A program made the position numbers and the translations under genes. DNA of 37,200 bases, taken from the IMG/VR virus record IMGVR_UViG_3300035562_000118, positions 1 to 37,200 of that record. One strand, 5' to 3'. Positions 27,200 to 37,200 of the stretch are shown piece by piece. Numbering within the stretch: position 1 is the first letter of the stretch; every line of letters begins with the position of its first letter. Origin of the DNA: a virus. Its lineage: Duplodnaviria; Caudoviricetes. Below the pieces are notes generated by a model, which had not been told where the DNA came from, did no database searches, and saw nothing but the letters and a program-made list of their open reading frames with translations.

Positions 27200-27797
27200 C
27201 CTGCTGCCGTCCGGTTCGTCGCCGCTTGAGCGCCGACTGGCGCAGACCTGCAGCGGGATTTCCGATCTGCGGGTATCGCTGCGGGATTTGTGGAACCCGG
27301 CAACGTGCCCGGTCAGCTTCCTGCCGTATCTGGCGTGGGCGTTTTCCGTTGACCGCTGGGATGAGCGCTGGGCGGAGAGCGTTAAACGCCGCGTGGTGCA
27401 GGATGCTTTCTATATCCATCAGCACAAGGGGACAACCAGCGCCGTGCGGCGCGTGGTGGAGCCGTTCGGTTTCCTGATCCGCATTATCGAGTGGTGGCAG
27501 ACCGGTGAGGCCCCGGGCACGTTTCGCCTGGATATCGGCGTGCAGGACCAGGGCATTACGGAGGAAACCTATCGGGAGCTGGAGCGCCTGATCGGCGACG
27601 CCAAACCGTGCAGCCGCCATCTGATCGGTATGTCCATCAACCTGCAGACTGGCGGCCCGTATTTTGTGGGCGCCGCCACCTATACCGGCGAAGAAATCAC
27701 GATCTACCCGTATATCAACGACACCATTATTTCCGCCGGTACCGCTTACGAGGGCGGTGCGGTCCACGTTATTGACACTGTGAGAGTGAATCCATGA
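27192..27797 (+). CDS. I: Baseplate/tail protein I
   Basis: LWNPATCP..FLPYLAWAFSVDRWD, HKGT, AKPCSRHL. Confidence 0.95.
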   Translation: MNSLLPSGSSPLERRLAQTCSGISDLRVSLRDLWNPATCPVSFLPYLAWAFSVDRWDERWAESVKRRVVQDAFYIHQHKGTTSAVRRVVEPFGFLIRIIEWWQTGEAPGTFRLDIGVQDQGITEETYRELERLIGDAKPCSRHLIGMSINLQTGGPYFVGAATYTGEEITIYPYINDTIISAGTAYEGGAVHVIDTVRVNP

Positions 27798-29422
27798 GCG
27801 CAAAATTTTACACCCTGCTGACGGAGATCGGCGCGGCGAAACTGGCAAGCGCCGCCGCGCTCGGCGTGCCCCTGAAAATTACCCAGATGGCGGTGGGCGA
27901 CGGGGGCGGCGTTTTACCTTCGCCCAGCGCCCAGCAGACGGCGCTGATTGCCGAAAAGCGGCGCGCAAACCTCAATATGCTGTATATCGACCCGCAGAAC
28001 AGCAGCCAGATTATTGCTGAGCAGGTCATTCCGGAAACCGAGGGCGGGTGGTGGATCCGTGAAGTCGGGCTATTTGATGACACCGGCGCGCTGATTGCCG
28101 TGGGAAACTGCCCGGAAAGCTACAAGCCGCAGCTGGCTGAGGGGAGCGGACGCACGCAGACCGTGCGCATGGTGCTGATTACCAGCAGCACCGATAACAT
28201 CACCCTGAAAATTGACCCGTCCGTGGTGCTGGCGACCCGCAAATATGTGGATGATAAGGTGCTGGAGCTGCGGGTGCATGTGGATGACCTGATGGCAAAA
28301 CACCTTGCCGCGCCGGATCCGCATTCGCAGTACGCGCCAAAAGCCAGCCCGACGTTTACCGGGACGCCGACCGCGCCAACGCCGGTCAAAAGCGATAACA
28401 GCAAAAAGCTGGCAACGACGGAGTTTGTGGCGGTGGCACTTGCCGCCCTGGCGGGCAGCGCGCCGGAAACGCTGGATACGCTTAAGGAGCTGGCTGATGC
28501 GCTCGGCAACGATCCGAATTTTGCGACTACCGTACTCAATAAGCTGGCGGAGAAGCTGGCGAAGGACCAGAACGGGGCCGACATTCCCGACAAGGGGCTG
28601 TTTATCCGCAATATTGGCTTAGGGACGGCGGCAAAGGCCGACGCGGGGGACTTTATCTCTTCCGGCGGCGGCAATTACCCGGCCTACCTTCGCATGACGG
28701 GGGTTGAAACGTTACCTACCTCGAAGGACGCGGCAAACCTGTCAGCGCTGTACTCTGCCCCGGCCCCCATCCCTGCCAACGTGATTGTGGCGGGCGGGGT
28801 GGCGAACTGGTACCGGTATCAGGCGATGTGGGGATTATTCCGGGACGGCTCAGACGGCATTCTGGGGTGGGGGGTACAAATCAACGGCGTGACAAAGTTC
28901 ATGATTGCGCCGGATGGTGGCTGCTACGCCGCTAATCAGAAGCTGGCGACGGAAATTCAGCTCTCTGATGCCCTTGCGGGCAAGCAGGATAAAAATCAGA
29001 CGTTAACTGACCTGTCAGGAAAAAACCAGACTCAGCTACGTGACTACCTGCAGCTGGGCTCTGCGGCGACCAAAACCGTCGGCAACGGTCCCGGTCAGGT
29101 GCCGGATATGTCCTTCTTCCCATTGTCGGGCGGGGTTTCTGGCTACGTGAAACTGCCGAACGGGTTCATTTTCCAGTGGGGGCAGGGTAACGCCGGTGCC
29201 GGTTCTGCCAATATTCCCTTCCCGCTGATGTTCCCGGGCGGATGCGTGGGCGTGGAGATTACCGGCACTTCTGCCAGGGCATCCAATGATATGGCGGGTG
29301 TGAATGTTATTGCCGGTGAGATTAACGCCGGAGGGTTTGGCGTTAACGGCTATCTGATCAGGCCGGGCGGGCAGGTGGTTCCGCAGGGCGTTGCGTTTAT
29401 CTGGACCGCGTGGGGGTACTAA
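27794..29422 (+). CDS. H: Tail fibre protein
   Basis: Conserved P2 H N-terminus (LLTEIGAAKLA, GGWWIRE.GL, VLATRKYVD), APETLDTLKELA, C-terminal GYVKLPNG...QWG domain. Confidence 0.93.
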   Translation: MSAKFYTLLTEIGAAKLASAAALGVPLKITQMAVGDGGGVLPSPSAQQTALIAEKRRANLNMLYIDPQNSSQIIAEQVIPETEGGWWIREVGLFDDTGALIAVGNCPESYKPQLAEGSGRTQTVRMVLITSSTDNITLKIDPSVVLATRKYVDDKVLELRVHVDDLMAKHLAAPDPHSQYAPKASPTFTGTPTAPTPVKSDNSKKLATTEFVAVALAALAGSAPETLDTLKELADALGNDPNFATTVLNKLAEKLAKDQNGADIPDKGLFIRNIGLGTAAKADAGDFISSGGGNYPAYLRMTGVETLPTSKDAANLSALYSAPAPIPANVIVAGGVANWYRYQAMWGLFRDGSDGILGWGVQINGVTKFMIAPDGGCYAANQKLATEIQLSDALAGKQDKNQTLTDLSGKNQTQLRDYLQLGSAATKTVGNGPGQVPDMSFFPLSGGVSGYVKLPNGFIFQWGQGNAGAGSANIPFPLMFPGGCVGVEITGTSARASNDMAGVNVIAGEINAGGFGVNGYLIRPGGQVVPQGVAFIWTAWGY

Positions 29423-29853
29423 TGAGCATGCACTACAGCGCTTCAAAGAATATGTTTTATGACGGCAGTCTTAAAGACTTGTATATTGCGGGCAGCGGAT
29501 GGCCCCGCGACTGCCTTAAGGTCAGCGAAGGGATGTTTCGGCAGTACGTCGCTCCGGCCCCGGCGGGAAAGGTCAGGGTTGCCGGCCCCGATGGATTCCC
29601 CGCATGGGGTGACGTTCCGGCACCGACGCAGGAGCAGATGATTGCCGCCGCTGAGGCTGAGAAACAAAGCCGTATCAGCCAGGCGAATGACTATATGAAC
29701 GGGAAGCAGTGGCCCGGAAAGGCGGCAATCGGCAGGCTGAAAGGTGATGAACTGGCGCAGTACAATCTGTGGATTGATTATCTGGATGCGCTGCAGGCTA
29801 CCGACACCTCAACCGCCCCGGATATTCGCTGGCCCGTATCTCCCGAAAAATAA
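29422..29853 (+). CDS. G: Tail fibre assembly chaperone
   Basis: YSASKN.FY, WPRD, G.PAW.D.P.P, W..YLDAL...D.S.APDI.WP..P. Confidence 0.88.
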   Translation: MSMHYSASKNMFYDGSLKDLYIAGSGWPRDCLKVSEGMFRQYVAPAPAGKVRVAGPDGFPAWGDVPAPTQEQMIAAAEAEKQSRISQANDYMNGKQWPGKAAIGRLKGDELAQYNLWIDYLDALQATDTSTAPDIRWPVSPEK

Positions 29854-29859
29854 CCCTCG

Positions 29860-29884
29860 TCCCCGCGTCTGCGGGGATTTTTTT
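29860..29884 (+). terminator. Rho-independent terminator of V operon
   Basis: TCCCCGC-GTCT-GCGGGGA-TTTTTTT. Confidence 0.85.
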
Positions 29885-29895
29885 CCCCCTTCCAT

Positions 29896-29913
29896 TGTGT
29901 CATCTCCCATACA
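29896..29913 (+). promoter_or_regulatory. Ogr box of late promoter pF
   Basis: TGT-N12-ACA (TGTGTCATCTCCCATACA) upstream of FI. Confidence 0.75.
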
Positions 29914-29986
29914 AAGCCCGCCGCGTGCGCCGCGCGTATATCAGCCAGAACATAGGCACACCCCTGTAAACCGGAGAGACTGCCTT

Positions 29987-31159
29987 ATGGCCCAGGATTA
30001 CCACCACGGGGTGCGCGTTGTTGAGGTTAACGACGGCACCCGAACCATTACCACGGTGAGCACCGCCATCGTGGGCATGGTCTGCACCGGCGATGATGCC
30101 GATGCGTCCCTGTTCCCCCTCAATAAGCCGGTCCTGCTGACCGACGTGCTGACCGCCAGCGGCAAGGCGGGCGAATCCGGCACGCTGGCCCGTTCGCTGG
30201 ATGCGATTGCGGACCAGGCCAAACCCGTGACCGTCGTCGTGCGCGTGGCGCAGGGCGAAACCGAAGCGGAAACCACCGCCAACATCGTCGGCGGCGTCAC
30301 CGCGGACGGTAAAAAAACGGGCATGAAAGCGCTGCTTTCGGCGCAGTCGCAGCTCGGCGTGAAACCGCGCATTCTCGGCGTGCCCGGGCATGACACGCAG
30401 GCAGTTGCCACGGAGCTGCTGAGCGTGGCGCAGAGCCTGCGCGGGTTTGCCTACCTGTCCGCCTACGGCTGCAAAACGGTGGAGGAAGCCATTGCCTACC
30501 GCGACAATTTCAGCCAGCGCGAGGGGATGCTGATCTGGCCTGATTTCATCAACTTTGACACGGTGCTTAAGGCGGACGCTACGGCTTACGCCTCCGCCCG
30601 CGCGCTGGGCCTGCGTGCCAAAATTGACGAGCAGACCGGCTGGCACAAAACCCTGTCCAACGTGGGCGTGAACGGCGTCACCGGGCTGTCTGCGGATGTG
30701 TTCTGGGACCTGCAGGATCCGGCAACGGATGCGGGGCTGCTGAACCAGAACGACGTCACCACGCTGATTCGTAAAGACGGCTTCCGCTTCTGGGGCTCCC
30801 GCTGCCTCAGCGACGATCCGCTGTTTGCCTTTGAGAACTACACCCGCACGGCGCAGGTGCTGGCTGACACCATCGCAGAGGCGCACATGTGGGCGGTGGA
30901 TGGCGTGCTCAACCCGTCGCTGGCCCGCGACATTATCGAAGGGATTCGCGCCAAACTGCGCAGCCTGAAAACGCAGGGCTACCTCATCGGCGCAGACTGC
31001 TGGCTGGATGAGTCGGTGAACGATAAGGAGTCCCTGAAAGCCGGGAAGCTCACTATCGACTACGACTACACGCCGGTGCCGCCGCTTGAAAACCTGATGC
31101 TGCGCCAGCGCATCACCGATCGTTACCTGCTGGACTTCTCCAGCCGGGTCAGCGCGTAA
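29987..31159 (+). CDS. FI: Tail sheath protein
   Basis: [44 protein letters not shown]. Confidence 0.96.
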   Translation: MAQDYHHGVRVVEVNDGTRTITTVSTAIVGMVCTGDDADASLFPLNKPVLLTDVLTASGKAGESGTLARSLDAIADQAKPVTVVVRVAQGETEAETTANIVGGVTADGKKTGMKALLSAQSQLGVKPRILGVPGHDTQAVATELLSVAQSLRGFAYLSAYGCKTVEEAIAYRDNFSQREGMLIWPDFINFDTVLKADATAYASARALGLRAKIDEQTGWHKTLSNVGVNGVTGLSADVFWDLQDPATDAGLLNQNDVTTLIRKDGFRFWGSRCLSDDPLFAFENYTRTAQVLADTIAEAHMWAVDGVLNPSLARDIIEGIRAKLRSLKTQGYLIGADCWLDESVNDKESLKAGKLTIDYDYTPVPPLENLMLRQRITDRYLLDFSSRVSA

Positions 31160-31168
31160 GGGGACACC

Positions 31169-31684
31169 ATGGCTTTACCACGCAAGTTAAAACACCTGAA
31201 CCTGTTCAACGACGGGAACAACTGGCAGGGGATCGTTGAATCCCTGACCCTGCCGAAATTTACCCGCAAGTTTGAGAAGTATCGCGGCGGCGGCATGCCG
31301 GGCGCGGTGGACGTGGACATGGGGCTGGATGACGGCGCGCTGGACACGGAATTTTCAATCGGCGGCACCGAGCTGCTGCTGTTTAAGCAGATGGGCAAGG
31401 CGACGGTTGACGGCATCCAGCTGCGTTTCACCGGCTCCATTCAGCGCGACGATACCGGCGAAGTGCAGGCCGTGGAGCTGGTCGTGCGCGGGCGTCACAA
31501 AGAGGTGGATTCCGGCGAGTGGAAAACCGGCGAGAGCAGCAGTACCAAGGTCAGCAGCACCAACAGCTACGCGAAGCTGACTATCAACGGCGAGGTGCTC
31601 TATGAGGTTGACGTGGTCAACATGATCGAAATCGTTGACGGTGTGGACCTGATGGAAGCCCACCGCAACGCCCTCGGCCTCTGA
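31169..31684 (+). CDS. FII: Tail tube protein
   Basis: MALPRKLK.LNLFNDG, YRGGGMPG. Confidence 0.96.
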   Translation: MALPRKLKHLNLFNDGNNWQGIVESLTLPKFTRKFEKYRGGGMPGAVDVDMGLDDGALDTEFSIGGTELLLFKQMGKATVDGIQLRFTGSIQRDDTGEVQAVELVVRGRHKEVDSGEWKTGESSSTKVSSTNSYAKLTINGEVLYEVDVVNMIEIVDGVDLMEAHRNALGL

Positions 31685-31738
31685 TTAACCCTGACGGCGC
31701 GGGAAACCGCGCCAGCATTTCATTAACAGGAAACGAAC

Positions 31739-32041
31739 ATGAGCGACAAACAGACTGAAAAAACCGTACGACTGGACACCCCGATTGCACGCGGCAACAC
31801 CGTTATCACCGAGATTGTGCTGCGTAAACCGCAGTCAGGTGCGCTGCGCGGCACCCGCCTGCAGGCCATCATGGATATGGACGTGGGCGCCATGATGACC
31901 GTCATTCCGCGCATTTCCACCCCGGCGCTGACCTCGCAGGAAATGGCGGAGCTGGATCCGGCGGACCTCACGGCAATGGCGGTGGAGGTGGTCACTTTTT
32001 TGCTTCCGAAGTCGGTGCTTGCCGATTTGCCGACAGCCTGA
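31739..32041 (+). CDS. E: Tail assembly chaperone E
   Basis: LDTPI.RG, LRKPQSGALRG, LDPADL. Confidence 0.93.
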   Translation: MSDKQTEKTVRLDTPIARGNTVITEIVLRKPQSGALRGTRLQAIMDMDVGAMMTVIPRISTPALTSQEMAELDPADLTAMAVEVVTFLLPKSVLADLPTA

Positions 32042-32175
32042 CGGTTGACGATCTGGTGGCGGACATTGCCACCATTTTTCACTGGCCGCCGTCCGTCACT
32101 GACGTTATGCCGCTGACAGAGGTGCTGGAGTGGCGGTATAAAGCAATTCAGAGAAGCGGGGCCAGCGATGAGTGA
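31739..32175 (+). CDS. E': E+E' programmed -1 frameshift product (slippery TTTTTTG at 31996-32002)
   Basis: T6G site near the end of E; -1 frame reads ...LTVDDLVADIATIFHWPPS..DVMPLTEVLEWRYKAIQRSGASDE*, as in P2. Confidence 0.85.
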
Positions 32176-34939
32176 CAATAACCTGCGCCTGCAGGTCGTT
32201 CTGGGGGCGGTGGATAAGCTAACCCGCCCCTTCAAAAATGCCCAGACCGGCTCTAAAGAGCTGGCAGCGGCTATCCGCCAAACCTGTGAACAGCTTAAGC
32301 AGCTGAGCGACGCCGGGGGAAAGCTAAAATCCTTTGACCAGCTTTCACAGAGCCTGAGCCGTACCGGCACGGAGCTGGATCAGGCCAGGCTACGTGCGCA
32401 GATGATGACGCGGGAAATGGCGTCGCTGGAATCCCCGACCAAAAAGCAGACCCTGGCGTTTGAAGCGCAATGGCGTGCCGTGTCACGCCTTGAGCAAAAG
32501 CAGCAGCAGGAAACCCGCCAGATGGCGGCGGCACGGGCAGAGCTTTACCGGCTGGGATTGTCCGCCGGGGGCGGTGCCCGGGAAACGGCGAGGATTGCGC
32601 GCGAAACCACACGGTATAACCGACAGCTGGCTGAGCAGGAGCGGAAGCTGCGCGAGGTGGGGGAACGCCAGCGTAAGCTCAACGCCATCAGGGCGAAGGG
32701 CGAAAAAATACGCGAGGTCAGAAACTCGCTGGCGGGCAATGGTGCGGGCGCGATGGCGGCGGGTGTTGCGACCGGCGTCACGCTGATGGCACCGGTAAAA
32801 GCCTACTCAGAGTCAGAAAATGCCGCCACTCAGCTTGCCGCCTCCATGATGGGGCCGGGCGGGAAAGTGGCCCCAGAGTTCGAGAAAATCAACCGGCTTG
32901 CGGTGGCTCTGGGCGATAAGCTGCCGGGAACCACCGCCGACTTTCAGAACATGATGACGATGCTGCGCCGCCAGGGGATGTCCGCGCAGGTTATCCTGGG
33001 GGGACTGGGGGAGTCTGCCGCTTATCTGGGTGTTCAGCTGCAGATGGATCCTACCGCTGCGGCTGAGTTCGCCGCCAAGCTGCAGGACGCCACGCAAACC
33101 TCTGAAAAAGACATGATGAGCTTAATGGATGTTATCCAGAAAGGTTTTTATGCCGGGGTGGACTCGGGGAATATGCTGCAGGGCTTTTCAAAAATCAGCA
33201 GCGCGATGGACATTATTCATCAAAAGGGGCTGGGCGCGGCTAAGACATTTGCCCCTCTGCTGGTGATGGCGGATCAGTCCGGCATGGCGGGAGAGTCCGC
33301 AGGTAACGCCTACCGCAAAGTTTTTCAGTCAGTGATGAATACGACAAAAATTAAGGGCGCTAATGATGACCTTAAAGGCACCGGCGTTAGGTTTGATTTT
33401 ACCGACGGGAAAGGTGAGTTCGGTGGAATTGAGAAAATGTATACCCAGCTGGCGCAGCTCCAGAAGCTGAATACTGAAAAACGCCTGGCGACGCTGAAAG
33501 GTATTTTTGGTGATGATGCGGAAACGCTGCAGGTGCTGAATATTATGATTTCCAAAGGCATTGCGGGTTATCGGGAGACGGCATCAAAACTCGATAATCA
33601 GGCATCGCTGCGTGAACGCGTTGACGCCTCCCTGAATACCCTCGGCAATAAATGGGAGGCTGCGACTGGCTCCTTTACGAATGCGATGGCGAGCATCGGT
33701 GAAACCGTTGCCCCGGCATTAAAAAAGCTGGCTGACTGGCTGGGGGAGCTGGCGTCAGGTCTGGATGGTTTTGTTAAGCGACACCCGCAGTTAACCTCAG
33801 CGCTGTTTAAGCTGGCGGCGGGGTTTGCCGTTGTTGCAACTGCTACGGGGGCGCTTTCCCTGGCTCTGGCATCAGTGCTGGGACCGCTTGCCCTCGTGAG
33901 AGTGAGTGCCGGTGTGCTGGGGCTGAAATTTTCATCCGCATTCGGGCTGATTGGAAAGGCCATCGGGTCCGTGGGGAAAGGGATCGTGTGGCTGGGGCGT
34001 CTGATGTTCGCAAACCCCATTCTGGCGGTGATCGGGCTGATTGCCATGGGGGCCATCTACATCTGGCAGAACTGGGACACGCTGGGGCCGAAGTTCAAAG
34101 CGATGTGGGATGCGGTCTGTCACGCCACGGGGGCTGCATGGGAATGGATGAAAGAAACCGCAAGCACCGCATGGGAAGGTATCAAATCCCTGTTTTTCAA
34201 TTACACCCTGCCGGGACTGATTGCCAAAAACTGGGACGCCATTAAAGCCGGAGTGTCTGAGGCATGGGCCAGCGTCAGGCAGACCATCAGTGATAAATGG
34301 ACTGCCATTCTGAGCGATGTTGCCGCGCTACCGGCAAAGTTCCAGGACATGGGCAGCGCCATTATTGACAGTATCCTGAACGGCATCAATGCGAAGTGGG
34401 ACGCGCTCAAAAATAAGCTCTCCTCCGTCACGGAATACCTGCCCGACTGGATGACCGGGAAAAATAATCCTCCTGGCAAAACGCAGGTGCAGGTGGTGGG
34501 TGGTGCAGCCGCTGCTGCCGTGCCGTTTGCCGGAATGTATGACAGCGGCGGCGTCATTCCACGCGGTCAGTTTGGCATCGTCGGGGAGAATGGCCCGGAG
34601 ATTGTCAACGGCCCGGCGAATGTGACCAGCCGCAGGCGCACGGCGGCGCTGGCTTCCGTGGTCGCCGGGATGATGGGGGCGGCGTTGCCCGCAGAGGCTG
34701 CGCCACTTCACCCGATGAGCCTGCCCGCCGCAACCTATCGCGCACCGCAGGACAAATCCGCCAGCCAGCCGCCCGTTGTGCGTTACGAAATCAACGCCCC
34801 TGTCCATATCGTCGCCCAGCCCGGGCAAAGTGCGCAGGACATCGCCCGCGAAGTGGCGAGGCAACTGGATGAGCGGGAGCGCCGCGCCAGGGCAAAGGCG
34901 CGCAGTAATTTCAGCGATCAGGGGGGATACGAATCATGA
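32168..34939 (+). CDS. T: Tail tape measure protein
   Basis: LRLQVVL.AVDKLTRPF N-terminus, long Ala-rich helical body with Trp periodicity. Confidence 0.94.
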   Translation: MSDNNLRLQVVLGAVDKLTRPFKNAQTGSKELAAAIRQTCEQLKQLSDAGGKLKSFDQLSQSLSRTGTELDQARLRAQMMTREMASLESPTKKQTLAFEAQWRAVSRLEQKQQQETRQMAAARAELYRLGLSAGGGARETARIARETTRYNRQLAEQERKLREVGERQRKLNAIRAKGEKIREVRNSLAGNGAGAMAAGVATGVTLMAPVKAYSESENAATQLAASMMGPGGKVAPEFEKINRLAVALGDKLPGTTADFQNMMTMLRRQGMSAQVILGGLGESAAYLGVQLQMDPTAAAEFAAKLQDATQTSEKDMMSLMDVIQKGFYAGVDSGNMLQGFSKISSAMDIIHQKGLGAAKTFAPLLVMADQSGMAGESAGNAYRKVFQSVMNTTKIKGANDDLKGTGVRFDFTDGKGEFGGIEKMYTQLAQLQKLNTEKRLATLKGIFGDDAETLQVLNIMISKGIAGYRETASKLDNQASLRERVDASLNTLGNKWEAATGSFTNAMASIGETVAPALKKLADWLGELASGLDGFVKRHPQLTSALFKLAAGFAVVATATGALSLALASVLGPLALVRVSAGVLGLKFSSAFGLIGKAIGSVGKGIVWLGRLMFANPILAVIGLIAMGAIYIWQNWDTLGPKFKAMWDAVCHATGAAWEWMKETASTAWEGIKSLFFNYTLPGLIAKNWDAIKAGVSEAWASVRQTISDKWTAILSDVAALPAKFQDMGSAIIDSILNGINAKWDALKNKLSSVTEYLPDWMTGKNNPPGKTQVQVVGGAAAAAVPFAGMYDSGGVIPRGQFGIVGENGPEIVNGPANVTSRRRTAALASVVAGMMGAALPAEAAPLHPMSLPAATYRAPQDKSASQPPVVRYEINAPVHIVAQPGQSAQDIAREVARQLDERERRARAKARSNFSDQGGYES

Positions 34940-35421
34940 TGATGGTGCTGGGGCTATACGTCTTCATGCTGCGCACCGTGCCGTATCAGGAGCTGCAGTA
35001 TCAGCGCAGCTGGCGACACGCCACCAACAGCCGGGTGAACCGCCGCCCGTCAACGCAGTTTCTCGGCCCGGATAATGACTCACTGACGCTGTCCGGCGTA
35101 CTGCTACCGGAAGTCACCGGCGGCAGGCTGTCGTTGTTGGCGCTGGAGTTAATGGCAGAGCAGGGTAAGGCATGGCCCTTGATAGAGGGCAGTGGGACCA
35201 TTTACGGCATGTTTGTAATCGAGAGCCTGAGTCAGACCAAAACGGAGTTTTTTGAAAGCGGAATGCCCCGGCGCATTGAGTTTTCGCTCACCCTGAAACG
35301 GGTTGATGAGTCGCTGTCTGATATGTTCGGGAGCCTGGGCGACCAGCTCAGCAACCTGCAGGATTCTGCCACCTCTGTGATAGGGGATATTAAAAACACG
35401 GCAGGAGGGTTGCTGCAGTGA
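34936..35421 (+). CDS. U: Tail protein U
   Basis: MMVLGLYVF.L.T.PYQ, QFLGP, GTIYGMFVIE. Confidence 0.94.
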   Translation: MMMVLGLYVFMLRTVPYQELQYQRSWRHATNSRVNRRPSTQFLGPDNDSLTLSGVLLPEVTGGRLSLLALELMAEQGKAWPLIEGSGTIYGMFVIESLSQTKTEFFESGMPRRIEFSLTLKRVDESLSDMFGSLGDQLSNLQDSATSVIGDIKNTAGGLLQ

Positions 35422-36518
35422 ATTTTAATGCCGATCTGTTTGATGTGAACAGCAAAAGCCCGGCTTTCAGCATCGTTATTGAAGGTAAGAACGTGACGAC
35501 AGTGCTGGATAAGCGCCTGATGAGCCTGACGCTGACCGATAACCGGGGTTTTGAAGCGGACCAGCTCGATCTGGAACTGGACGACGCCGACGGGCAAATT
35601 GCCCTGCCACGACGCGGTGCGGTGATTCAGCTGTCGCTGGGCTGGAAAGGGCAGCCGCTTTTTCCAAAGGGGGTATTCACCGTAGATGAGATTGAGCACT
35701 GCGGAGCGCCTGACCGTCTGACCATCCGGGCCCGTAGCGCCGATTTTCGTGAAACCCTCAATACTCGCCGTGAAAAGTCGTGGCATCAGACGACGGTGGG
35801 GAATGTGGTAAAGGAAATTGCCGCCCGGCATAACCTCAAAATGGCGCTGGGCAAAGACCTGACGGATAGGGCGCTGGATCATATGGACCAGACCAATGAA
35901 AGTGATGCCAGTTTCCTGATGAAGCTGGCGCGGCAGTATGGGGCGATAGCCTCCGTTAAGGGGGGGCACCTGTTATTTATCCGGCAGGGGCAGGGCAGAA
36001 CGGCGAGTGGTAAGCCGCTGCCGGTCATCACCATAGAGCGTAAATCCGGTGACGGTCATCGTTTTACCCTTGCAGATCGTGGTGCCTATACGGGCGTGAT
36101 AGCCAGCTGGCTGCATACGCGTGAACCGAAGCAGAAAGAAATCACGCAGGTGAAGCGCCGCCGAAAGAAAACCACCACGGCAAAAGAGCCGGAGGCAAAG
36201 CAGGGGGACTATCTGGTGGGAACGGATGAAAACGTGCTGGTTCTGAACCGGACCTACGCCAACCGCAGCAATGCGGAACGGGCGGCAAAGATGCAGTGGG
36301 AGCGCCTGCAGCGCGGGGTGGCCTCCTTTTCTCTGCAGCTCTCAGAAGGGCGGGCAGATCTCTACACCGAAATGCCGGTGAAGGTCAGTGGCTTCAAGCA
36401 GCCGATTGATGATGCGGAATGGACCATTACTACCCTGACGCATACGGTCAGTCCGGATAATGGTTTTACAACCAGTCTGGAGCTTGAGGTAAAGATTGAT
36501 GATATTCAAATAGAATAA
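35418..36518 (+). CDS. D: Baseplate hub / late control protein D
   Basis: LTDNRGFEADQL, DQTNESDASFL..LA, GF.TSLELE. Confidence 0.94.
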   Translation: MNFNADLFDVNSKSPAFSIVIEGKNVTTVLDKRLMSLTLTDNRGFEADQLDLELDDADGQIALPRRGAVIQLSLGWKGQPLFPKGVFTVDEIEHCGAPDRLTIRARSADFRETLNTRREKSWHQTTVGNVVKEIAARHNLKMALGKDLTDRALDHMDQTNESDASFLMKLARQYGAIASVKGGHLLFIRQGQGRTASGKPLPVITIERKSGDGHRFTLADRGAYTGVIASWLHTREPKQKEITQVKRRRKKTTTAKEPEAKQGDYLVGTDENVLVLNRTYANRSNAERAAKMQWERLQRGVASFSLQLSEGRADLYTEMPVKVSGFKQPIDDAEWTITTLTHTVSPDNGFTTSLELEVKIDDIQIE

Positions 36519-36584
36519 ATGAGTTCTCAATATTGTTTATTTGTGTATCATTATCGAGAACTCATGGTGGCGGAGATACCAAAT

Positions 36585-36803
36585 ATGATGAATTGCCCAA
36601 AGTGTGGACACTCAGCACACACAAGGAGCAGCTTTCAGGTTACTGATAGCACGAAAGAACGCTACTGCCAGTGCCAGAATATCAACTGCGGCAGCACCTT
36701 TGTCACCCATGAAACAGTGGTGCGATTCATTGTGACGCCTGGTGTTATTGTTAGCGCTCCACCACATCCGTCACCAGGTGGACAAAGCCATATGAATTTT
36801 TGA
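36585..36803 (+). CDS. ogr: Ogr/Delta-family zinc-finger late activator
   Basis: CPKCGHSAHTRSS...ERYCQCQNINCG.TF. Confidence 0.93.
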   Translation: MMNCPKCGHSAHTRSSFQVTDSTKERYCQCQNINCGSTFVTHETVVRFIVTPGVIVSAPPHPSPGGQSHMNF

Positions 36804-36809
36804 TTTTTG

Positions 36810-36835
36810 AACCCGCGTCGCGGGTTTATTTTTTC
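36810..36835 (+). terminator. Terminator between ogr and convergent accessory gene
   Basis: AACCCGC-GTC-GCGGGTT followed by T-rich tract. Confidence 0.65.
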
Positions 36836-37200
36836 ATAAGCGATTTAATATACTTTTCTGATTCATCCCAACTCATTGACCCCATTTTCTTACACTCTGT
36901 ACCGCCGCCGTTAAATCCAATTATCTGGCTTTTGTCAGAGTTTGATATTTCTATCCGCTTAATAAGCATCGGCTCCCACGATGGGCCGCTGAACTGAGAA
37001 TCACATACGCCACGAAAAAAGAGTGCAGCCATGTCATCATTGATTTGAGTCTTTTTGACGGTCATGGATAGCGTTTCATTATTTAGACCATAAGACTCAG
37101 CTTGATACGTTTTGAGCACATTTTGCACGGCTGGGGGGATACTGGCGGCAAACACGCTTGAGGCTGTAAGAAGGGAGAACAGCAGGGTGGTCTTTTTCAT
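36826..37200 (-). CDS. Small secreted/periplasmic protein (124 aa), accessory gene
   Basis: Sec signal peptide MKKTTLLFSLLTASSVFA; two Cys in the mature part; AT-rich. Confidence 0.75.
   Translation of the reverse strand: MKKTTLLFSLLTASSVFAASIPPAVQNVLKTYQAESYGLNNETLSMTVKKTQINDDMAALFFRGVCDSQFSGPSWEPMLIKRIEISNSDKSQIIGFNGGGTECKKMGSMSWDESEKYIKSLMKK

Larger units (their letters stand above)
3698..37200. mobile_element. P2-like (186/Fels-2-type) prophage; the other att end is beyond the window
   Basis: Full set of P2-type genes in canonical order, cos site, att core in ssrA. Confidence 0.96.

Noticed and set aside
26276-30886. Long - strand ORFs (268, 224, 184, 328 aa) over baseplate, fibre and sheath genes
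   Set aside because: Antisense to conserved structural genes with strong codon bias; no recognisable domains
1-37200. CRISPR array, retron/DGR reverse transcriptase, invertible segment
   Set aside because: No regularly spaced repeats, RT motifs or invertase seen by eye

Overview
The window holds a nearly complete P2-like prophage of the 186/Fels-2 type (about 3698 to beyond 37200), integrated at the 3' end of ssrA (tmRNA). The duplicated 45-bp ssrA 3' end at 3698-3742 (- strand) is its att core. Directly downstream of that core lies the left part of a second, CP4-57/P4-integrase-type island (int, unknown ORF, alpA, yfjI/DUF3987). Its yfjI gene appears to be cut by an IS903-like element whose terminal repeat is bases 1-15. 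The prophage core is intact and in canonical order: int, cI, apl/cox, cII, early genes, two tandem adenine MTases, rep A, LexA-controlled tum genes, cos, Q-P / O-N-M-L-X, lysis cassette, R-S, V-W-J-I-H-G, FI-FII-E/E'-T-U-D, ogr. Four AT-rich accessory loci stand out: (1) a stand-alone RES-domain gene between int and att; (2) a DUF262 + HEPN pair between cos and portal (PD-T4-2-like architecture); (3) a compact single-gene ApeA-like HEPN protein between S and V; (4) a small secreted protein after ogr. Loci 1 and 3 are the best candidates for uncharacterised anti-phage systems. All family calls come from motif recognition and gene order; no database search was run.
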